A DNA stretch of 64,000 nucleotides from NCBI RefSeq assembly GCF_009914755.1, contig NC_060933.1; one strand, written 5' to 3'. A program made the position numbers and the translations under genes. Position 1 is the stretch's first letter; every line of letters begins with the position of its first letter. Source of the stretch: the human T2T-CHM13v2.0 reference genome, Homo sapiens. Below, piece by piece: positions 56,223 to 64,000 of the stretch. The notes under the pieces are model-generated. The model was given only the letters and a program-made list of their open reading frames with translations. It was not told the DNA's origin and made no database searches.

Positions 56223-56517
56223 GGCCGGGAGCGGTGGCTCACACCTGTAATCCCAGCACTTTGGGAAGCTGAGGCAGGCGATCACGAGGTCAGGAGATCG
56301 AGACCATCCTGGCTAACATGGTGAAACCCCATCTCTACTAAAAATACAAAAACAAAATTAGCTGGGCGTGATGGTGGGCGCCTGTAGTCCCAGCTACTCA
56401 GGAGGCTGAGGCAGGAGAATGGCGTGAACCTGGGAGCTTGCAGTGAGCTGAGATCGCGCCACTGCACTCCAGCCTGGGCGACAGAGCGAGACTCCGTCTC
56501 AAAAAAAAAAAAAAAAA
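56223..56517 (+). mobile_element. AluY
   Basis: Dimer with poly-A tail. Confidence 0.95.
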
Positions 56518-56607
56518 GAGTACATTTCACTCCATTGTCGAGAGAGAGAGAGAGATATATAAAATACATATTAAATTATGTGTGTGTATATATATATCTT
56601 TTAAGAC

Positions 56608-57575
<968 letters not shown>

Positions 57576-57679
57576 CTTGATGACGTCTCTCTTTCACTTT
57601 TGTTCCTGACAGTCCAGACTGCACAATTTCGGATGTGGGAGACTGGGTGATTTCTTTGATCTTCCCAACCAAATATGAC

Positions 57680-57696
57680 TTACTTAAGGATTTTAC
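57680..57696 (-). CDS. FAM74A: FAM74A-family last coding exon portion (G|GT AAA ATC CTT AAG TAA = G-K-I-L-K-stop)
   Basis: Acceptor tattttacag|GTAAAATCC; the phase-1 join with the 63257 donor gives ...STYLPSGKILK*, matching the remembered FAM74A C-terminus, 159 aa in total. Confidence 0.75.
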
Positions 57697-57944
57697 CTGT
57701 AAAATACATTATTAAAGGTTAAGAGAAGGGTGACAATGGTGGTCTCCTTAGCTTAACTGAATGGTTATGGTTTTTAGTTGTAGTTGCAATCTTATGCTTG
57801 TGTGGTTCTTTGATTAGTGTTTGCTTTCTCTATCCTATACTATTAGCTTCATGAGAATAGGAAAATTATTCCTCTTTGAACTCACCATTGTATTCCCAAT
57901 TCTAGCACAGCGCCTGGGATTTCCTCTGTATGTGTTTTTGAAAT

Positions 57945-58394
57945 GCACCCAATAGATCCACAGACAGATTTTAAAAATATAAACATAGAAACAAATCCTT
58001 CTGGTCTTGAAGCTTGAAACTTACATTTGTTTTCTCTGAGTTTCTTCCTCAGGAAATGGACTCTCAGCTCTCTCAAAAAGTATCAAAGAAGTGAAATTCA
58101 TCAGACCACTGTGTCGAGACAATGAGATGCCAGATGCCAGATTCCTTATTTGTCATGATTGCTTCCTTAGCCCTCCCTAGTTCCTGTTTTCCTGCTCATA
58201 GTTACATTTCTTCCTTGCTATATAATCCCCTAATTTCGGCTGGTTGAGGAGATGGAATTGAGACTGATATCCCATATCCTTAGCTGTAGCATGCAATTAA
58301 AGCCTTCTTCCTTGGCAATATTCATTGTCTCAGTGATTGGCTTTCTGTGTGCAAGTAACAGAACCTAGGTTGAACTCCTGGTATTTCAGTAACA
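57945..58394 (+). mobile_element. ERV1 solo LTR (MER66-like)
   Basis: TATA-like gctatataa, attaaagcc polyA-like signal, ends ...ggtatttcagtaaca. Confidence 0.6.
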
Positions 58395-58447
58395 TTTTGT
58401 GTGTAAGAAAGAGGCTGGAGGAAGGAGAGTAGGGGAAATAGGAAGAG

Positions 58448-58768
58448 TGTCTTAATATTTTTGTTGCTATAACAGAATACCACAGACTGAGTGATTTATA
58501 AAGAAAATAAATGTATTTAGCTCTGAGGCCTAGGAATGCCAAGAGCATGATGCTGGCCTCTGGAGGCCTTCTTGCTGCCTAACAACATGGCAGGGGGCAT
58601 CACATAGTGAGAGAGCAAGAGCAAAAGGGCTTATGATAAGGAACCCACTACTATGCTAGTGACATTAATCCATTCATGAGGGCAGGACTGACATAAATCT
58701 ATTCATGAGGGAAGAGGGATTAAGTTTCCAATCTATGAACTTTTGGAGGATACATTCAAACCATAGCA
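58448..58768 (-). mobile_element. MST-like MaLR LTR
   Basis: tgtcttaat...ttgctataacagaataccacagactg...acattcaaaccatagca. Confidence 0.8.
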
Positions 58769-59107
58769 GAAAGACAGACAGAGATAGATATGGAAAGAGG
58801 GAACAAGCACACATCACACATACAAAAACTGGACAATATTTTTGTAAATGAAATGCCTAGAGCCTCTCTCGTATATTGTATTTGTTGATATTTTCTCAAT
58901 TTAAACTTATCACTCCATAATTTCTCTTTTTCTTCCCCAAAATGATGTACATGTTTCTTCCTTATAACCATAAAACACAGTAATTGTTTCCTGGAAAATT
59001 TTAAATGTCTCACTACAATTCAAGTATCATACTTACTATGTGTTTTTTATCTTCTGTATATTTTGAAAATGTAAGAGCATTATTGTCTTATACAAAATAG
59101 GTGCTAG

Positions 59108-60215
<1,108 letters not shown>

Positions 60216-61458
60216 CAAAGAAACAAAGTAAGTATTAAATAAAAACTGGTTCTTTGAAGCTTTGGCACTGTAATATATGAAGGCCAGAAGCCACATTTAT
60301 ATAGTTCCGTTTCTTGAGCATCCAAGACAATGGATGAGATGACAGTGTTGAGGAAGACAGGTCACTCACTGCGAACACTAGATTCAGCTTCTCCCCCTGC
60401 TGTTTGACTCATTCTGCAGAAGGTGAGAATTTATCTGAAGGAGTTTACATATTTTTATGTGACAATGTATTCCTGAGAAGATACCAAATTCTTTCTTCTA
60501 CATCAAAAATACAGCATGAAACTGACAAGAGAGCATATAAATGATGATTTTTTTTAAGTTTCCAGGAATATCACATGTATCATATTACTGAAAAGAAAAA
60601 GAGCATTTTATGCCATGAAAAACTTTGGATATCCTTGAATAATGTTGACTAAAAACAGTGAGTTTATTTAGTATTCATTGTGTCTATATTTGGAGTGTAT
60701 ATTTTTAGTATTTGTCATCTTGCTTATCAAACTCCTGAATCTCACTTAAAAAGTATTTTCCAAAGTTTTTGAAATTTCTCCACAAAAGAAGAAAAAACAA
60801 AAAAGCAAGTATTGGAAGTCAAATAGGTTTGAGAAATATTATGACACATGTCCTTCTTGCACATCATAAAGCCTCTAACACTTTTCATAGTAAACCAATA
60901 AATGAAACTCAGACTTCTTGCTTTGCTTAATCAAAAAATTAAAGTTTTCCAAACTTCTTTGACTACAGAATCTTTTGACAACACAATATTGATCACTGCA
61001 CACTTTGAGAGATATTACTCTACAAAAGTCACTTGCACAGCACCACTAAAATATGGTGACTGATAAAACGGACAAATGTCATTCAGTGAAAGTTTCAAAG
61101 CAAAGAGAATGAATGAATATATATATATATATATGGATGTCTACTTTTTGGATTACAGTTTTCAGATTATGTTTGTTTTAAATAAGCCAGTCTGCTTTCA
61201 TAATAATTATACTTTTAAGCCATTTTCTGATGAGACATTTGTCATCATGAGAACAATGTAGTAAAAGTTTGTTACACTGGGGATTAAGATATTAGAGTTT
61301 CCATTCAAGATTCCCTAATACTGGAAGAGGTTCACTTAAATTCCATGATTCTATGAGAGGAGTCAAATCTGAGGTGCAGGCTCTGCACCTTCCCAGGCCT
61401 GCAGGGGCTTTGCACCTTCTTGCGGAACAGTTGCCAGCTGTTATCGCTTCACTCTTAG

Positions 61459-61784
<326 letters not shown>

Positions 61785-61837
61785 CCAAGTCAAGTCTTTT
61801 TCACAGCCTTGGTTCACCATAAAACTAAGGTGGACAA

Positions 61838-62648
61838 TTGTCATGGACAGAATTGTGTTGCCTCAAATTTATGTTGAAGTCCTCACCTCTAGTACCTCAG
61901 AATGGGGCTGTATTTGGAAAGAGGACCTATAAAGAGGTAATTGAGGTAAAATTAGGTTATATGGGTGGGCCCTAATCAGTAAGACTGATTTCCTTGTAAG
62001 ACAAGGAGATGTGGACAGAGACCACACACAGACCACAGGACAATCATGTGAGGACACAGTAAGAAGGTGGCCATTGGCAAGGGAAGGAGAGAGGCCTCAG
62101 AAGAGACCAAATGTGCTGATTCCTTGATCTTGGACTTCCAGCCTCCAAAACTGTGAGAAAAGAAATTTTTTATGGCTGCATAGTATTCCATGGTGTATAT
62201 GTGCCACATTTTCTTAAAAATGATGAGTTCATGTCCTTTGTAGGGACATGGATGAAATTGGAAATCATCATTCTCAGTAAACTATCGCAAGAACAAAAAA
62301 CCAAACACCGCATATTCTCACTCATAGGTGGGAATCGAACAGTGAGAACACATGGACACAGGAAGGGGAACATCACACTCTGGGGACTGTTGTGGGGTGG
62401 GGGGAGGGGGGAGGGATAGCATTGGGAGATATACCTAATGCTAGATGACGAGTTAGTGGGTGCAGCACACCAGCATGGCACAGGTATACATATGTAACTA
62501 ACCTGCACATTGTGCACATGTACCCTAAAACTTAAAGTATAATAATAATAAATAAACAAAGAAAGAAAGAAAGAAAAAAAGAAATTTATGTTACTTAAGC
62601 CACTCAGTCTGTGGTATTTTGTTATGGCAGCCCTAGTAAACTAATACA
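61838..62648 (+). mobile_element. MLT1B-like LTR interrupted by a young L1
   Basis: tgtcatggacagaattgtg...cagcctccaaaactgtgag | ...gttatggcagccctagtaaactaataca. Confidence 0.8.
62166..62578 (+). mobile_element. Young short L1PA2/3 3' end with 5' inversion
   Basis: 62166-62216 is antisense L1; 62217 onward is sense ORF2 end ('[37 protein letters not shown]') + 3' UTR; TSD aaaagaaattt. Confidence 0.9.
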
Positions 62649-63256
62649 AATATTTTTAGGGACAACAAACCATGGACTTTGTTATTCTAGTAAGATGACT
62701 TTAGCACTATTACCTACTTCTACCTTGAAGTGGTAAAAAAAGGCAGTGAGAAGCATTTCCATGGAGTGTATAAATCGTGTCCCGTGAAACAGAATTAGCT
62801 AATAAGGTTAACACCTGTCAGCTGTATATGATGCTGCGTCTCCAATCTCCATCCGGACAGCAAAGGGGAAGGCATGGACAGGAGACCTGCCTTCAGAAGA
62901 GCAGCTGACAAAGGGGCCCACAGCCTGGGGATGGTGACGGCAGTAGCCCCCCGAGGCCTGGGATCCCACAGCACAATTGTGAAGGGAAAGTCTTACTTGC
63001 TGGGCCCAGATGTGTAATTTTCTCCCACCACTGTTTTTTTGTGAAAAATTCTTCTGAATACATAATTTTGCCCCTAAATAAACATGGTGTTGGACATTTT
63101 TCTGACTAGGAAGTTAGGATATTTGCTTTTCTAGCATCTTTATTAGGTGACTTTTTATGTTTGCAAAGTCACTCAGAAAAAACTTCATCCTCCCAACACC
63201 TCCCTGGACCACAGTCCCCACAAATGACATTGAACTCACAACATAAAGGAACTCAC

Positions 63257-63719
63257 CACTAGGTAAATAGGTGCTTGACTGTGATTTAACACCTGAATTA
63301 CTAAAATTGATGGCAATAATTATCCAAAGAAAAACAGCCAAGTGCAGCAGTAACGACAGCCTCTGAACTCTCTCCACATCTTCTTGTGGACAGCCTTTGA
63401 GCTCTCTCCATGTCTTCTCCGGGACAGCCTCTGAACTCTCTGCACGTCTTCTTGCAGACAGCGTCTGAGCTGTTTCCATGTCTTCTCCGGGACAGTCTCT
63501 GAGTTTCTGAGCTCTTTCCACGTCTTCTCCGGGACAGCCTCTGAACTCTCTCCACGTCTTCTCTGGGACAGCCTCTGAGCTCTCTCTTGTTTGGGACATC
63601 CTCTGAGCTCTCCACGTCTTCTCTGGGACAGCCTCTGAGCTCTTTCCACGTCTTCTCCGGGACAGCCTCTGTGCTGTCTCCACGTATCCTCCAGGACAGC
63701 CTCTGAGCTCCCTCCACAT
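63257..63719 (-). CDS. FAM74A: FAM74A-family main coding exon (159-aa type, like FAM74A3/A7; paralog not resolvable by eye; family is often annotated as lncRNA)
   Basis: Translation MWRELRGCPG...ESSEAVPEKTW...LSLLLHLAVFLWIIIAINFSNSGVKSQSSTYLPSG recognised as FAM74A; donor AGTG|gtgagt at 63257/63256. Confidence 0.8.
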
Positions 63720-63729
63720 CTTCTCTGGG
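63353..63729. repeat. 34-bp minisatellite (about 11 units; gggacagcctctgagctctctccacgtcttctcc)
   Basis: Read directly from the sequence; forms most of the FAM74A ORF. Confidence 0.95.
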
Positions 63730-64000
63730 TCTCCTGTGGAGTCTGATCACCTTTCAGTTAAGGCATCTCCTGTGAGCAGCCCAGTTGGCTACTCTGAGTT
63801 CTGGGGGTAGCTGTCCTTGGTTTCTCTGAATTGCCCAGAAACCAACCTTTCTGTTGCCCATCGTAGTGCCTACGTGGCTTAGCTGGAGCCCTATCCTGCT
63901 TTTGTTGCCCAACCAATGCCTATGTGACAGAGCTAAATTCCCATTCAGCTTTAACTGCTTAGTTTTAGAAAACAGGATGTCTGGGGTCAGAAGTTCCTTC

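Noticed and set aside
62941-62958. Possible CTCF site (cagtagccccccgaggcc)
   Set aside because: Only a partial match to the core motif; not supportable by eye.
63114-63256. C-terminal 46 aa of the 201-aa ORF
   Set aside because: Read-through past a strong GTGAGT donor; the spliced KILK ending fits the recognised protein.

Overview
Human genomic DNA (a canonical AluYa5 is present), mostly interspersed repeats: about 35 Alus, a full-length decayed L1PA, older L1M/L2/MIR, MaLR/ERV LTRs, Tigger1 and MADE1. The right end holds a minus-strand FAM74A-family gene (159-aa type; coding exon 63257-63719 built on a 34-bp minisatellite, spliced to a 'KILK*' exon at 57680-57696). FAM74A implies the chr9 pericentromeric segmental duplications (from recall, not verified). 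Two things are not explained by ordinary annotation. (1) A decayed minus-strand gene relic at about 49.2-50.0 kb, collinear with the GRXCR (glutaredoxin + Cys-rich) family and broken by a locally templated insertion. (2) An ancient ~8 kb degenerate 15-bp tandem array (consensus AACAATGCCCTTAGC, 22.5-30.6 kb) whose unit resembles an RFX X-box. All family and subfamily calls are by eye from remembered consensus sequences; boundaries are approximate.
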